64,000 nt of DNA from Candidatus Micrarchaeota archaeon. GTDB taxonomy: Archaea; Micrarchaeota; Micrarchaeia; Norongarragalinales; SBBD01. The translations under genes were made by a program, and so were the position numbers. The stretch spans positions 47,168 to 111,167 of the forward strand of contig JAHJQN010000005.1 in assembly GCA_018819225.1 (NCBI GenBank), read 5' to 3'. The notes below the pieces were generated by a model that saw only the letters and a program-made list of their open reading frames with translations, had not been told where the DNA came from and ran no database searches. Below, piece after piece: positions 18,395 through 29,932 of this stretch (position 1 is its first letter; the number at the start of each line of letters is the position of its first letter).

Positions 18395-18556
18395 TCAACT
18401 CAGTACTTCCACGATGCGGCAATTGATTTTCGCGCGCCCGCCACGAGGCTGAACGAGTACGGCATGGCATTTCTTGCATTCCACCGACTGCTTCGAATCT
18501 CCAAATACCGTACGGGATTCTCCGCATTCGCAAACGACTTTTAAGAAACGACTCAA
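18395..18556 (-). CDS. rps27e: 30S ribosomal protein eS27 (TTG start, below cutoff)
   Basis: Manual translation SRFLKVVCECGESRTVFGDSKQSVECKKCHAVLVQPRGGRAKI. Confidence 0.93.
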   Translation of the reverse strand: MSRFLKVVCECGESRTVFGDSKQSVECKKCHAVLVQPRGGRAKINCRIVEVLS

Positions 18557-18566
18557 GATAAACACC

Positions 18567-18863
18567 TCATTCGCGCGCCACTTCCGCTTTTTTCTTCATG
18601 CGACCGGAAACGACGGTCTCGTGCTTTTTCTTGCACCCACTGCATTGAAGCATGATCTTGTTTCGAATGCCTTGCTTGCGCACCTTAGCCTTGCCTTTGA
18701 CTTTTCCGTGGTAACCCGCGAGTTTGCGCTCGTGTTTTCGCGTACCCCATGCGAGCGAGCGGCCCGCCTTGTATTTACTGGTGCTCACTTTCACTTTGTG
18801 CAGATTATGTTTCCGACAATGGGGACAATACGTTCGAATTTCTTTTGGAACTTTCATAGACAA
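18567..18863 (-). CDS. rpl44e: 50S ribosomal protein eL42 (L44e)
   Basis: PKEIRTYCPHCRKH, CSGC. Confidence 0.95.
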   Translation of the reverse strand: MSMKVPKEIRTYCPHCRKHNLHKVKVSTSKYKAGRSLAWGTRKHERKLAGYHGKVKGKAKVRKQGIRNKIMLQCSGCKKKHETVVSGRMKKKAEVARE

Positions 18864-18948
18864 CAGCCTCTAAGCGCGGAAAGCGCTATATAGAAAAAGA
18901 GACGAGAAAAGTGGGGCGGTCAAGGCTTTTAAGCCTACCGAATCCGAA

Positions 18949-19641
18949 TCAATAGACCTCGATTTCATTACCGGGTTTTTTTACGTTCGGTACCTGGTTT
19001 TCGGATTCCCCGCTGGCAATCTCCTCCACGAGGTCGCGGATTTCTTTTTTCGAGGCCTGAGTGGCCATCTCGGCAATTTCCTTTTTGACGAAAATAGCGG
19101 CCATTTCCTTTTGAACGGATACGATTTGCCCTTCCTTGAATGGGCCGTACATGGCTCCATCCGTTCCCACGAATTGCGCCAGCGGTTTGAGCATGCGCAC
19201 GGCTTCCAATAACGGTTTTTCTGGCGGCTTCGCGTCCGGAAGGGTTTCGGGAGTGATCGTGCGTTCGATCACGGTTTTCGGTTGTTCTTCTTCGTTGATC
19301 AAAACGGCTTGTTCAAAACCGCTCAACGATTTCAGGAGCTCCAAATAAAGACCTTTTTCTTCTTTCGCGAGTCCGTCCGAATCCACGGACTGGTTCTTGC
19401 GGTCTTTCAACGCCTTCAATAAAATCTTCTGCTCGCGTTTCTCGCTAATCTCGGTCAAAATGGTTTTCGCGTTCTCGAACGCCTTCAACCGCTCGAGCGA
19501 ATAGTCCCCTTGCAGCGCGCGCTTTTGCTCCAATAACCACAAATGGTGCGCTTCGTAGAAATCGTCCGATAACTTCGATAACGCGCTGAAATTGCGTTCC
19601 TGCAACTGCACCTTGCGCAATGCGTCAAAACTGAGTTCCAT
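18949..19641 (-). CDS. GINS-family replication protein
   Basis: LRKVQLQER..LSKLSDDFYE, REQKILLKA, FVGTDGAMYGPFKEG B-domain; conserved position before L44e. Confidence 0.8.
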   Translation of the reverse strand: MELSFDALRKVQLQERNFSALSKLSDDFYEAHHLWLLEQKRALQGDYSLERLKAFENAKTILTEISEKREQKILLKALKDRKNQSVDSDGLAKEEKGLYLELLKSLSGFEQAVLINEEEQPKTVIERTITPETLPDAKPPEKPLLEAVRMLKPLAQFVGTDGAMYGPFKEGQIVSVQKEMAAIFVKKEIAEMATQASKKEIRDLVEEIASGESENQVPNVKKPGNEIEVY

Positions 19642-19646
19642 ACGAT

Positions 19647-20603
19647 TTAATCCTCTTTCACATCCTTGGAATTCATTCCCGCGCCTTGATCCATGACTTT
19701 CTTCTGCTCGGCGGCGTAGGCCTTCACTAGCTCCTGAATCACGTCATCGTATTTCGGAGGCGTGCCGCTGGGCGTCATTTTGGAGGACAGCAGGCTGGCC
19801 AGACGCGACAACTCCAACGGAAAAATAATTTTGTTGCTTTTTCCTTCCGAAATCTTTTTCAGCGCATCCATGTAAAGTAACGACATCGTTTTATCGCTCA
19901 TCTTGGCCGCCGCCTTATCCAAAATGTCGAGGCTGACCTGACGGGCAGTGGCTTCGGTCTCCAACTTCACTTTATAATCCACGGCTGCGCGTGCCTTGTG
20001 TCTCGCTTCCAGAATCTCGGGAGGCAGTTCAATGGTCACCACTTCCGCCTTCAATACGAGGAACCCCCAGCTTTCCTCGACTTCCTTCAGTTTCGCGAAA
20101 AGGAACGTGTTGATATCCTCCGTTTTTTCAATCAATTCCTCTAAACTCATTTTTCCGACGATGTTTCGCACTTCTCCAACCAGCATGTTCGTGAGCGCGC
20201 GGTCCAGATTCTTGACTTCGATGACGACTTTCTTCGGATCCACCACCCGAACGTACGATATCACGTCCACTTTCACGTTCACGTTATCCTTGGTTTCCGT
20301 TCGCTGGGGGGCCGTATCCAAAACACGAACCCGCAAGTCCACGGGAGTAAAACTTTCGAATAGGGGAAACAACACGACCCATCCCGGTCCAGCCACATTG
20401 GAAAATTTACCGAATCGGAACACGACGCCGCGCTCGAATTCCTTGAATTCAATGATGCGCGGGGATAGCGTAAAAAGAATGAGCAATGCGAGCGCCAAAA
20501 TAATGACGGTCAGCGTATCAATCGAGCGGGCCACGAATACGCCATAGGCTATGAAACTCACGACGGCGACGGCCGCAACAAAGACGATCATGACTTTATC
20601 CAT
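19647..20603 (-). CDS. SPFH/Band 7 (stomatin-like) protein
   Basis: EFERGVVFRFGK, TKDNVNVKVD. Confidence 0.92.
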   Translation of the reverse strand: MDKVMIVFVAAVAVVSFIAYGVFVARSIDTLTVIILALALLILFTLSPRIIEFKEFERGVVFRFGKFSNVAGPGWVVLFPLFESFTPVDLRVRVLDTAPQRTETKDNVNVKVDVISYVRVVDPKKVVIEVKNLDRALTNMLVGEVRNIVGKMSLEELIEKTEDINTFLFAKLKEVEESWGFLVLKAEVVTIELPPEILEARHKARAAVDYKVKLETEATARQVSLDILDKAAAKMSDKTMSLLYMDALKKISEGKSNKIIFPLELSRLASLLSSKMTPSGTPPKYDDVIQELVKAYAAEQKKVMDQGAGMNSKDVKED

Positions 20604-20630
20604 ACGACACCCGATTCCAGTAATCCGGAT

Positions 20631-21299
20631 CTAACGCGAAAACGTTTCTTTCCATACGATCTTGGAAATTTCGGCAATATAAAGCAATGCGTTTTGCACG
20701 ATCGTATATTTTCCGCTTAAGTAACCGTCCCGGCGAGCGGTTTCCATCGACACGTCCACCTCCGCTTCCCCGTCTTTCATGGTAAGGGTTTGCTCCAAAT
20801 CCAGGAATTCAAGCAACAGGGCTTGCAACTTTTCTTCCGGTTTCTGAAGTTGCGCCTCCACGTTATAATGGTATACTAATTTCTTGCCGGCCAGCTCGTG
20901 ATTCAAATCCACTCGGACGCGTCCCCCGGAAACGCTTTGAATGCGCCCTCGGTAATCATCCAAATTCACGACCATTCCCGCCACCGGATCCACTCCCCCC
21001 TCCTTGAATTTTTGAAGGGGTACGACGCGTACCAAGTCCGGCTTGCGCTCCCCAAACGCGTCCTGAACGGCAATATGCGCCGAGCCGGCTTTGCCGACGG
21101 ATGCATTTAACAGAACGTCCTTGAATCCTTTCACCAAACGGGTATCCTTCAACATGACCAGCGTGGGCCGGTAACGCAGTTTCTCGTTGTAAATGCCTTC
21201 TTTCTTCGCTTCGGCTTCGTCCGTCGTTTCCGCCAACCGTCCGCCTTCCTCGCGAACGGAAAACGAGACTTTCAAAAAATCGGTTTCAGAAAACGCCAT
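20631..21299 (-). CDS. slyD: FKBP-type peptidyl-prolyl isomerase (long archaeal type)
   Basis: AFGER, GGRVRVDLNHELAGKKL. Confidence 0.9.
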   Translation of the reverse strand: MAFSETDFLKVSFSVREEGGRLAETTDEAEAKKEGIYNEKLRYRPTLVMLKDTRLVKGFKDVLLNASVGKAGSAHIAVQDAFGERKPDLVRVVPLQKFKEGGVDPVAGMVVNLDDYRGRIQSVSGGRVRVDLNHELAGKKLVYHYNVEAQLQKPEEKLQALLLEFLDLEQTLTMKDGEAEVDVSMETARRDGYLSGKYTIVQNALLYIAEISKIVWKETFSR

Positions 21300-21422
21300 T
21301 GAAATCGCCTCTTGCCCCCTTCACCCGTAACCAAAACGTTTTAAATAATATCTCGGAATAAGGGGTACGCTTTTTGTGCAACTGAATGAATTTAAAGCCT
21401 TTTATTGAGGGAACGATTCGCC

Positions 21423-22820
21423 ATGAAAAAGGAAAGTCTACTGAAATGGTTCACGATCGCCATGATCGTGGTGTTCGCTTTTGAAATTGTCCTGATCGGC
21501 ATTCCCAGCGGCGGTTTCGATGCCACGCCAACGCCCTCGAATATTCCGACGGCTACCCTCGCGCCCGAATTCGTCGGTTCGGCGACCACCGAAGCCGTCA
21601 TAACGGGATTCGGTACCGAGTTCTTGGCTCGCTGCAACACCACGGAACCCGTCGCCGTATTACTGAGGGACGTGGAAGGGATTACCAATGCCGTGCAAGA
21701 TCCGAGTACGCAACTGATAAGCATCACCATGGCCGCGGACGCCAACGTCAGCGAGAGCACGCAATCGATTCGGGAACTCCTTCAACCCTATTGCACACCG
21801 TTACTGTTGAGACAAGCACTACTCGAATTTGAAGAGGACGTGGAATTCACGTCCGGTAACGACCCGAATGAAACCAAAACGATTTCCAAACGAAGTATTG
21901 AATGTTTTTCGAATCCGTTCGCCGGATGCTATGCCTTCGTTTTCCCGCACCGAACCACGGGACAAACCATTGACGTCAACATTTTCGGCCGTTTCCAAGG
22001 ATCCACGCCCGTTCAAGTGTTTGCCGAAGAGCTACTGGGATCGACGATTCGCATTGAAACCGTTTTCGCCAACGGAACCATTTCCGCCATTGAAAACCGA
22101 GGACAAGTGAACGCCGACCTGCCGTGGGAAAACCGGTGGATCAACATCACCATCTTCCAAGACGAGATGTTGGAACAAGGCGACTTTTCGGAAACCGTGA
22201 ATTACGCGCCGAATTCCCTTGTACGCATTTCCGGTAACGTCAGCAACGACACGCTGGAGGCATTAAACAATTTGTCCATGATCGAAACCGCAAGCGTGCG
22301 ACTCGATGATCCCGATCACCCCGAAGTGGTGTTAATCGTCAACGATAATTATACGCGAAAGACTCGCTTGCTGGAGTTATTGAATGCGTTGGAGATCGAC
22401 GAGGATCGCGTTTCGTTCGAGGTCACCAAGTTCTCCAGCATCGTCCGATATCAAGCCTACGAAGGATTAGCGGATTTCTTGTCGGATTGGATCGGAGACG
22501 AGTTCACGTTCCAACGATTCGCATTAATGCGTTTAGATGACCCCGATGCCGTGGAAGTGAGCTTGCAAGCGATTTGGGAAGAGAAAAACGATCCGCAATT
22601 CGTGCTCGTGCCCGCAGACACCGCGTCGGATGCGGCGTTAGAGGTTCGTATTGTCACGCAAATCGAATTCGACATCGTTTCCAATGCAGACGTGTATTTC
22701 GTGCGCGCGCGGAATCCCTTGGATGAAGAGGAAATACGCGTTGAAGACAAGGAGACCCCTGTCAACGATCCAGCCAATGGAACCGACGAAACGCCGGAAC
22801 CTACGCCCCAAGAATCTTGA
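21423..22820 (+). CDS. Acidic membrane-anchored extracellular hypothetical protein
   Basis: N-terminal TM, very D/E-rich, about 465 aa. Confidence 0.75.
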   Translation: MKKESLLKWFTIAMIVVFAFEIVLIGIPSGGFDATPTPSNIPTATLAPEFVGSATTEAVITGFGTEFLARCNTTEPVAVLLRDVEGITNAVQDPSTQLISITMAADANVSESTQSIRELLQPYCTPLLLRQALLEFEEDVEFTSGNDPNETKTISKRSIECFSNPFAGCYAFVFPHRTTGQTIDVNIFGRFQGSTPVQVFAEELLGSTIRIETVFANGTISAIENRGQVNADLPWENRWINITIFQDEMLEQGDFSETVNYAPNSLVRISGNVSNDTLEALNNLSMIETASVRLDDPDHPEVVLIVNDNYTRKTRLLELLNALEIDEDRVSFEVTKFSSIVRYQAYEGLADFLSDWIGDEFTFQRFALMRLDDPDAVEVSLQAIWEEKNDPQFVLVPADTASDAALEVRIVTQIEFDIVSNADVYFVRARNPLDEEEIRVEDKETPVNDPANGTDETPEPTPQES

Positions 22821-23214
22821 TGATGACGCGCTTTTTCCTTCGGCCGTCGAACTCCCCATAAAGCACGCGTTCCCAAGGCCCTAAATCCAACTGGCCCTTC
22901 GTGATCGGAAGGACGACTTGATGTCCCATCACCGTGCGTTTTAAATGCGCATCCGCGTTCGGATCCGACGTACGATTATGCATCCAATCCTCCGTTGAAG
23001 GCGCTAAACGCTCCAACCATTTCTCGAAGTCGCGGTAAATGCCGTCCTCTTCGTCATTCACGAAAACGGATGCCGTAATGTGCATGGCGGATACGAGGCA
23101 CAAGCCTTCGCGAACCCCGCTTTCATTAACGGCTTGCTGAACCTCGTCGGTTATCGGGACGAACTCCCGTTGTTTTTTCGTTTGAAACCACAAATATTTC
23201 GTGAACGATTTCAT
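22801..23214 (-). CDS. yjbQ: YjbQ/UPF0047 (secondary thiamine-phosphate synthase family)
   Basis: [26 protein letters not shown]. Confidence 0.92.
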   Translation of the reverse strand: MKSFTKYLWFQTKKQREFVPITDEVQQAVNESGVREGLCLVSAMHITASVFVNDEEDGIYRDFEKWLERLAPSTEDWMHNRTSDPNADAHLKRTVMGHQVVLPITKGQLDLGPWERVLYGEFDGRRKKRVIIKILGA

Positions 23215-25235
23215 TTCTTGAATCGCTTCTTTTTATCGAGCCAACCCCCCTTCTTTTTTCGAACCGGCGACGTTAACGGCTCAACAAGAGGAGGCTGACC
23301 GGCATCAAACTGCTTTTTCCGCTTCCGGCGTTCCTCTTCCACCAAGGCCGCATACTTGTCACGAATGCGCTCGTAATTGCGTTCGCTCAACTTGCCATCC
23401 AATAACAAGGATTCGGCGCGTTCCAGGCGGCGCGCGAAATCATTCAATGGATCTGCGGCCTTTTTCTTCAAGCGACCTCGAATCACGAGCGTCATTAAGC
23501 CTAACAATGCGAGGAGTGCGATGATGCTGAACACGACGAGATCGCGTCCCGAACCCGGTGTCGGCGCCGTGGTCACCGACACTTCAAGCCCTTCATCCAA
23601 AGGCAGTTCAACGGATATCGATGGCTCCGAGGATACCGGGGAAGTAAAGGCTTCCTTTGACTTGCTGTAAAGCGTTTCAATGCCCTCCGATAACTTGAAC
23701 AGTTTCAACGCGCTGACTAACAGCACGAGATTGTCCGAGCGATTCGCTTCGTAAACGTAGTACCGTCCGTGATCGTAGTATAAAGAGCCCCACGCCGACG
23801 CATGAGATTGAGACGTCAAACACGAATAGGTGTCTCCGCATACCCCCTCCCAAAGCTCGGCATACGTGAGATCGCCCGCCTCCTGAAGTGCTTCCGTGTA
23901 TCGAAGCACGAATTGTAAGTTGAACGCAGCCGTCAAATAGTCTCCATTCTGAAACGCGCGTCGCGAAGCCGTCAAATGATCCATTCCTTCATCATCCAGC
24001 TTGCCTTCAATGCGCAACTCCTCCGCTTCATCCAAATAATCCACGGCGATCGGCCGAATGGACAACTCGTTCACTTCCGCATCAGCGGACACGGAGACCG
24101 CGACATCATTCAAATTTTTTGAGGCCGTCAACCAACTTTTGGCGAGCGCATATTCTTCCAGCAAATAGTCCGGGGATAAAACCACGAGGCGTTCCTCCAG
24201 CGTATCCAAGCGTTCGAGCGCCCAATAATAGCGCAGTTTCGCGGAAACCACCCATTCCCAATTGGATCCAGTCGGTTCAACAAAATCAAGGGCCTCCGCT
24301 TCGTCTTGCAACGACCGCACTTTCGAACGGAAATTCTGTCGAGTCATATTCAACGTGCCCAGCTCATCCAACGTCACCATCGCCAAGAATGCCGAGTTCG
24401 CCGAAGAATAGAAATACCCTTTTTCCAACAGCATTTCGGATAGATTCAACGCCTTCCGCAAGTTCGTACGCACCAATGACGTGGCATCTTCGTCGGGAAG
24501 AGCGCGTAAGGCAGTCGTGGCTTCCGACAAGATGTTTTCGCTCACGGATTTGAAAGGAAGCGTTGAAAGCGCCGGCGTCACCTCCGGTACGACCAATGGA
24601 GGCAACACTTTTTCAACAACAACGACGGGTTCTCCAGCCACGGTATTGAACGCATAATTAAACACTTCCTCAATATCTTGGACTTCGACGACCTGCATCC
24701 CCCACTGTTCTTCCCCGTACACGTTCAAATCCACGCCGTTTTGCACGCGTTGGCCTTCCGGTACGAGAAACAAACGGTATTTATTGCTTTTTCCGACGGC
24801 AACCGCTTTTTCAAAAATGCCGCCCACGGGGCCAATGCGGCCATCCCGTTCAATGGTCCCGGAGACCACCAAGTCTTTGCGGATGGTTTGATGGGAAAAT
24901 TCGGAATACGCGAGAAGCGTTAAAGCCGCGCCGGCCGACGGCCCGTCCACGACTTCCGCATCCGAATTGATCTTGAACAACACGTCGTACTGCATGCGGT
25001 CGACGTCCGCCATCTCCGCCGCGATTTTAACGGCGAGCTTTTCGGATTCTTGCGTGTCCATGCCCGTCAGCGGAGTCACGGAAACAAACGTATCCCCATC
25101 TCCGTCAATAATTTGCACTTCGATGCGCGTCAACACCCCGTTTCCTTGCGCGTCGATGGCTGGAACGTAAGTTGACAGCGCCTGCAGCGTTTGAACAAAA
25201 AGGAATAGTAACACTAGCCCCCTAATTTTTTTCAC
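23211..25235 (-). CDS. Secreted, membrane-anchored S16 (Lon-C-like) serine protease
   Basis: DGPSAG catalytic Ser, GPVGGIFEK catalytic Lys, signal peptide and C-terminal TM. Confidence 0.88.
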   Translation of the reverse strand: MKKIRGLVLLFLFVQTLQALSTYVPAIDAQGNGVLTRIEVQIIDGDGDTFVSVTPLTGMDTQESEKLAVKIAAEMADVDRMQYDVLFKINSDAEVVDGPSAGAALTLLAYSEFSHQTIRKDLVVSGTIERDGRIGPVGGIFEKAVAVGKSNKYRLFLVPEGQRVQNGVDLNVYGEEQWGMQVVEVQDIEEVFNYAFNTVAGEPVVVVEKVLPPLVVPEVTPALSTLPFKSVSENILSEATTALRALPDEDATSLVRTNLRKALNLSEMLLEKGYFYSSANSAFLAMVTLDELGTLNMTRQNFRSKVRSLQDEAEALDFVEPTGSNWEWVVSAKLRYYWALERLDTLEERLVVLSPDYLLEEYALAKSWLTASKNLNDVAVSVSADAEVNELSIRPIAVDYLDEAEELRIEGKLDDEGMDHLTASRRAFQNGDYLTAAFNLQFVLRYTEALQEAGDLTYAELWEGVCGDTYSCLTSQSHASAWGSLYYDHGRYYVYEANRSDNLVLLVSALKLFKLSEGIETLYSKSKEAFTSPVSSEPSISVELPLDEGLEVSVTTAPTPGSGRDLVVFSIIALLALLGLMTLVIRGRLKKKAADPLNDFARRLERAESLLLDGKLSERNYERIRDKYAALVEEERRKRKKQFDAGQPPLVEPLTSPVRKKKGGWLDKKKRFKK

Positions 25236-25251
25236 GAGCCATGACCCCTCC

Positions 25252-25512
25252 TTACTTGCCTAACGATTGCTTGAGCGCTTGAAATTCGGCATCCCGCATC
25301 GCGAACTCGAGGCTCTCGGCGTTCCCAAACAAGTCGTAGAACTTCATGCGCACGGACACCTTCCCCATGGCCGCCGTACCGAGTTTTTCCAACTCCACGA
25401 CGTGCGTTCGCTGGATTTCCTTTTTTTCCGGGCCTTGCACCCGAAGCATGGAATCCGTTAACTCCAATGATCCGGACGTGCTGCCAAAATACGCGGCAAA
25501 CGTTTCAGACAT
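25252..25512 (-). CDS. Small hypothetical protein
   Basis: ORF with protein-like composition, co-oriented with protease. Confidence 0.6.
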   Translation of the reverse strand: MSETFAAYFGSTSGSLELTDSMLRVQGPEKKEIQRTHVVELEKLGTAAMGKVSVRMKFYDLFGNAESLEFAMRDAEFQALKQSLGK

Positions 25513-25613
25513 ATTGCTCACAAACCCATTTAGATACACGGGCATTTTAAAACGATATCGTTTAACTCCGACTTTTCCAAAGCATTTATATGCCTCTCGC
25601 GTTTTAGATCGGT

Positions 25614-26666
25614 ATGCGCGTGGCGTGGGTTTCCGATACCTTTGAACAGAATAACGGGGTGGCCGTCTACTTACATGAAACGCTGCCCTTGCTCGCCAAA
25701 AAAGTCTCCGTTCAATTGCTGACGGGAAGGGTGTTGCGCAAATACCCTTACCCCGTCAAATCCCTGACGTTCTTTCAAGACCCCCTCTTACCCGATTACG
25801 ACATCGTATTACCGCCCACGCGTCCCCTTCCCGTGGACCTCATTCACGCCCACTCCCAATACAGTTTGGGGCTGTATGCAGCCAATTACCCCGGTAAACG
25901 CGTCGTGACCGCGCACTTCGTTCCCTACCATTTTCTTGAATTCTTTTTCGGAGCCCAACAGCCGCAAATGCTGAAGGATTCGGTTTGGCAATACGAGATC
26001 TGGCTCTTGAACCATTTCGACCGCGTGGTCTGCCAAACCAGGGCCGGCGCCAACATGTTCCGGAAACAAGGCCTCCGGAGAAAAGTGGAAGTGATTCCCA
26101 ATGGCATCAACCTCGACAAATACAAGCATGTTTCCGGCGAACGCTTCAAGAAAAAATATAAGGTGAAGAAGCCGTTCGCGTTATTCATCGGCCGCCTGGA
26201 CGCCAGCAAGCAACCGCACTGGATTCTGGAAACGGCAAGAAAACTCAAAAACATTCCATTCTTGATTTCAGGATCCGGTACCCTGGAATCGCAACTCAAA
26301 CGCGACGCGCCCGGGAACGTGAAATTCATGGGGCGTTTGCCCCGCGAGGATTTGCTGGACGCGTATGCCGCGAGTACGGCCTTGCTCATGCCTTCCGCCA
26401 TTGAAACCGAAGGCTTGGTGGCCCAAGAGGCCATGGCGTGCGGAACGCCCGCATTCATTTCCCCACTCGACGTGTTGAAGGAAGTCGTCGGAAAAGGCGG
26501 ATTCGTGTGCAAAAATTCGAATGATATGGCGGTGAAGCTCGAGCAATACATGGATGACCGTTCGCTGCAAAACGAAATGAAGGTGCGCGCGCTCCAAGAA
26601 ATCAAGAAACGGGAATTAAGTCGATCCATTGACCAACTCGTTAAGCTCTACCTTTCGATGAAGTAG
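25614..26666 (+). CDS. Glycosyltransferase family 4
   Basis: NGVAVY, VIPNGI, ETEGLVAQEAMACG. Confidence 0.92.
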   Translation: MRVAWVSDTFEQNNGVAVYLHETLPLLAKKVSVQLLTGRVLRKYPYPVKSLTFFQDPLLPDYDIVLPPTRPLPVDLIHAHSQYSLGLYAANYPGKRVVTAHFVPYHFLEFFFGAQQPQMLKDSVWQYEIWLLNHFDRVVCQTRAGANMFRKQGLRRKVEVIPNGINLDKYKHVSGERFKKKYKVKKPFALFIGRLDASKQPHWILETARKLKNIPFLISGSGTLESQLKRDAPGNVKFMGRLPREDLLDAYAASTALLMPSAIETEGLVAQEAMACGTPAFISPLDVLKEVVGKGGFVCKNSNDMAVKLEQYMDDRSLQNEMKVRALQEIKKRELSRSIDQLVKLYLSMK

Positions 26667-26671
26667 ATCGC

Positions 26672-26992
26672 ATGTACGCGAAAGTCCACGAACGCCGGTT
26701 CCTTCAAAATGACCGCGAGGTCGTTCGCCGCATCACCGCGATCTGCGATGCCTCATTATTGGGTAAGATATTCGAGGAAAAAGGCATGGTGATTGACTTG
26801 AAGAAATACCGCTCGTTTTATGAAGGCGATAAAGTCGCGGCAAAAAAAGCCGAGCAATTGTTGAAAGAGGCGACGAACGCGAACCTCGTGGGGAAAAAAA
26901 GCGTGGGGTTGGCGCTAAAGGTCATGAAGGGAAACGCATCCAGCGTGAAAACCATTCAAGGAATACCGCACCTGCAAATCTATTTCGTCTGA
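26672..26992 (+). CDS. DUF424 family protein
   Basis: AICDASLLGK, FYEG, NLVG, IQGIPH. Confidence 0.85.
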   Translation: MYAKVHERRFLQNDREVVRRITAICDASLLGKIFEEKGMVIDLKKYRSFYEGDKVAAKKAEQLLKEATNANLVGKKSVGLALKVMKGNASSVKTIQGIPHLQIYFV

Positions 26993-27137
26993 CGCCGGCG
27001 CCCAATCGACCAATATTTTTTTGAATTTCGAATCCGCAATCCCAGACGCTCCACGGCTCGCGATAGGTCGCTATGCAAAGCAGACCCATCCATACCCGTT
27101 GCTTTTCGGGAAATATAAACAAGTACGGAAACGGGCT

Positions 27138-27506
27138 TCACTCGATTATTTCAAACGGAATCGCGTTGCCGTTCTTATCGTAAGCGCGCGTGCTCTTCGC
27201 GGTATACGGCAAGCACGAAATGAAATGATGCTGAAAATGCAAGGAAAAAAAGCGCAGGTCCGCATGGGAGGGCCGCGCGCTATACCCTGGATGCGAGTGA
27301 AACGAAGCCGTTAACGAAGGATCGGCGGCTAAATGGTATAATTGGAAACCGGAATGATGCCTTCCGTATTCCGCCAGCGGGGCCAGAATCAATTCTTCGA
27401 GCACGTGCTGGCGTTCGCGAAACAGGCCGATGAACTCGTTCGGGTGCACGTTGCGTGCGCCTTCCAACGCGCTCTCCAAAGCCACCCGCGTTATGCGTAA
27501 CATCAT
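27138..27506 (-). CDS. JAMM/MPN (Mov34) metalloprotease
   Basis: PNEFIG and HSHP....PSHAD motif. Confidence 0.9.
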   Translation of the reverse strand: MMLRITRVALESALEGARNVHPNEFIGLFRERQHVLEELILAPLAEYGRHHSGFQLYHLAADPSLTASFHSHPGYSARPSHADLRFFSLHFQHHFISCLPYTAKSTRAYDKNGNAIPFEIIE

Positions 27507-27538
27507 CCACCCACATTATATAGTCGAAACCATTATGC

Positions 27539-28510
27539 ATGCTCATGCCCGCACTTTCTTTTAAGCAATTGGTTGAACGTCTGCGCAAACAGAGGGGGAG
27601 AACCGCGGTCGTCGGACACGCGCTCGCCGACGTGGATGCGGTGGCTTCCGCGGTCGTGCTCGCAAAATTGATTCATGCGGAAGCATGGGCACTGGACCGC
27701 ATGCGTTCGACGGCCCAACACGTACTCCAACGCGCGCGAGTGCGACTGCCGACTCTGGAAAATGTGAATGCGTTCGAAAACGTGGTTCTGGTGGACGTCA
27801 GCAACGCGGCCTTGCTGGGAGCGCACGCACCCGCCATTGTGAAACACCCGAACGTTCTCGCTATTGATCATCACGCCCACAACCAAATGCTCCCCGTTCC
27901 GAAATACGTGGATGCCCGCAAGACCAGCTGCAGCGAAATCGTGTTTGAAATCGCGGCGTCCATGAAAAAACCCCTTTCTCCGGCGCTCGCCGCGTTATTG
28001 GCGTGCGGAATACTGGAAGATTCCGCGTTATTGAAGAGCGCCAACCAACAAACCATTCAAACGCTCGCGAAACTATTGCCTCAAACCAAGAAAGAATTGC
28101 AGGAACTCATTTCTTGGCTCGTGGAAGAACCTGCGGTCGACCAGCGTCTCGCCTCTTTAAACGCCCTCAAGAAAACCCGCCTGGAAAAACGCGGCGAAAT
28201 CCTGATTGCGTGCTCGGAAACCAACGCCTACGAAAGCCGTACCTCCGCCTTATTAATTCAAATGGGCGCCGATGTCGCCATTACGAGTAATGTGAAAAGA
28301 GGAAGAATCAGCATCATCAAAAGCCGGCATGCCGCCATTAAGAAATTAAATGTCGGAATTCTCGCGAAACAAATTGCGCTTGCGTTCAATGGAAGCGGAG
28401 GCGGCCATCCGTTCATCGGAGGAATACGAGTCTCCGGCGCGCGTTCAAGCGCGGCCGTGGCGCGTACGATCGACGCGGTACGTTCTCAGGTAACGGGGTC
28501 TCGCCCATAG
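27539..28510 (+). CDS. DHH-family phosphoesterase (NrnA-like)
   Basis: HALADVDA, LVD, IDHH, GGGHP. Confidence 0.9.
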   Translation: MLMPALSFKQLVERLRKQRGRTAVVGHALADVDAVASAVVLAKLIHAEAWALDRMRSTAQHVLQRARVRLPTLENVNAFENVVLVDVSNAALLGAHAPAIVKHPNVLAIDHHAHNQMLPVPKYVDARKTSCSEIVFEIAASMKKPLSPALAALLACGILEDSALLKSANQQTIQTLAKLLPQTKKELQELISWLVEEPAVDQRLASLNALKKTRLEKRGEILIACSETNAYESRTSALLIQMGADVAITSNVKRGRISIIKSRHAAIKKLNVGILAKQIALAFNGSGGGHPFIGGIRVSGARSSAAVARTIDAVRSQVTGSRP

Positions 28511-28805
28511 AACCCGCGCTGCGCGATAATGCGCGCTTCAGTTCGGCAGTTCGCGCGTCACGAGCAAACGTTTCGTACTCGAGCGTATACACCACTAGAA
28601 TCGCAAAAAACACGATGAGCGCGGGCACCAACATGACCCCGCGGGCCACGACATCCTCTTGAAACACCATGCTCCCGATAATGAGAAAGAGAACAATAGA
28701 CAAGAACAGGTGCGGCCTAAGCAGTAATATCTGGCTTCCAATCATTAAAGCAAACCCAAACGAGAGAAACGAATAAACCGCGATATATGGCTATGGCCAA
28801 TACAT
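28413..28805 (-). CDS. Small membrane protein; possible in-frame TAG at codon 5 (otherwise starts at 28745)
   Basis: Hydrophobic ORF; upstream frame reads MYWP*PYIAVYSFLSFGFAL-MIGSQ. Confidence 0.45.
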
Positions 28806-28936
28806 TGCGCGGTAGAAAGCACGCGTTCATACCCGCATATACTTTCAAGAACGCTCACCCCCAACACTCCAACACGTATAAAAAGGATTAATGAGATGAA
28901 CTGTCTGGGAAACGACGAACGGAATGGGTTTAGCCG

Positions 28937-29932
28937 ATGTTGCAACGAAAGGTCCAATTGACAGGTTCCTCGACGCTAGCCGTCAGTTTGCCGAAAGCCT
29001 GGACCAAGCGATACGATGTCAGGCCCCAAACCCCCCTATTCATTTGGGAGGGCCCGGACGGAAATCTCACGGTATCCAGAAACCACGACGTGCAACCAAC
29101 CGAGGAAGCCCGGTTCGATGTCTCCCAGTTCGGAAACCGACCCGAGAACCTACGACGCGCATTCATAGCAAAATACTTGGCGGGTTCCACGAGCTTCCGC
29201 TTCACGTCCGCAAAACCCATCTCCAAAGTTTTCCGAAAAACGATTCTCGAGGAAAGTCACTTGCTCATCGGACTCGAAGTCGTCGACGAATCCGAACACG
29301 AGATTCACGTGCAAGACTTCTTTTCCCCCCGATCCCTTTCGCTCGAAAAAGCCATGAAACGAACGCACGATATCCTCTGCCACATGCAGGAATCCATTTC
29401 CTTGTTCTTGGAAACCGGAGACGAAAATCTCCTCATTCAAACGCGGAATAAAGACGATGAAGTGGATCGCCTCATGTTCCTCGTATTGCGTTTATTGAAT
29501 GCGTCGCTCAACAGCTCGCTCATGCTCGCCGAACTCAAGCTCAGCACCAACGAATGCATTTACTATTCGTTCGTGATCCGCGTCCTCGAAAGCATGGCCG
29601 ACAGTCTGGACAGTATTGCCGAACACTTGCAACGAGCGCCCAACGGAAAAAAATTCATTCCAACGCGTCAAACCATTCGCGCATTAAACGACGAAGTGCT
29701 AGTACTTCAACGCAGCGCCATGAAGTCATTCTTTGAACGCGACGTGAAAAAAGCGAACGAAACGCTGGACGCGTACGAAAAACTGCTCCCGAAATTTGCG
29801 TCCATGAGCGATCGGTTGCACGAAAAAGAACTGTCGTTCGAGTACCGGCAAACCAAAAACTCGATGATGTGGGTCGCCCGCAAAGCCATGGACATTGCGG
29901 ATACCGCGGTCGACGTCAGCTATCTTCACTGA
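28937..29932 (+). CDS. Archaeal phosphate-uptake regulator (AbrB plus PhoU domains)
   Basis: RKVQLTGSSTLAVSLPKAW, DDEVDRL, LESMAD. Confidence 0.9.
   Translation: MLQRKVQLTGSSTLAVSLPKAWTKRYDVRPQTPLFIWEGPDGNLTVSRNHDVQPTEEARFDVSQFGNRPENLRRAFIAKYLAGSTSFRFTSAKPISKVFRKTILEESHLLIGLEVVDESEHEIHVQDFFSPRSLSLEKAMKRTHDILCHMQESISLFLETGDENLLIQTRNKDDEVDRLMFLVLRLLNASLNSSLMLAELKLSTNECIYYSFVIRVLESMADSLDSIAEHLQRAPNGKKFIPTRQTIRALNDEVLVLQRSAMKSFFERDVKKANETLDAYEKLLPKFASMSDRLHEKELSFEYRQTKNSMMWVARKAMDIADTAVDVSYLH

Noticed and set aside
28791-28793. Amber recoding or pyrrolysine
   Set aside because: TAG terminates conserved genes here (rps12, aIF2a) and no pyl genes are seen
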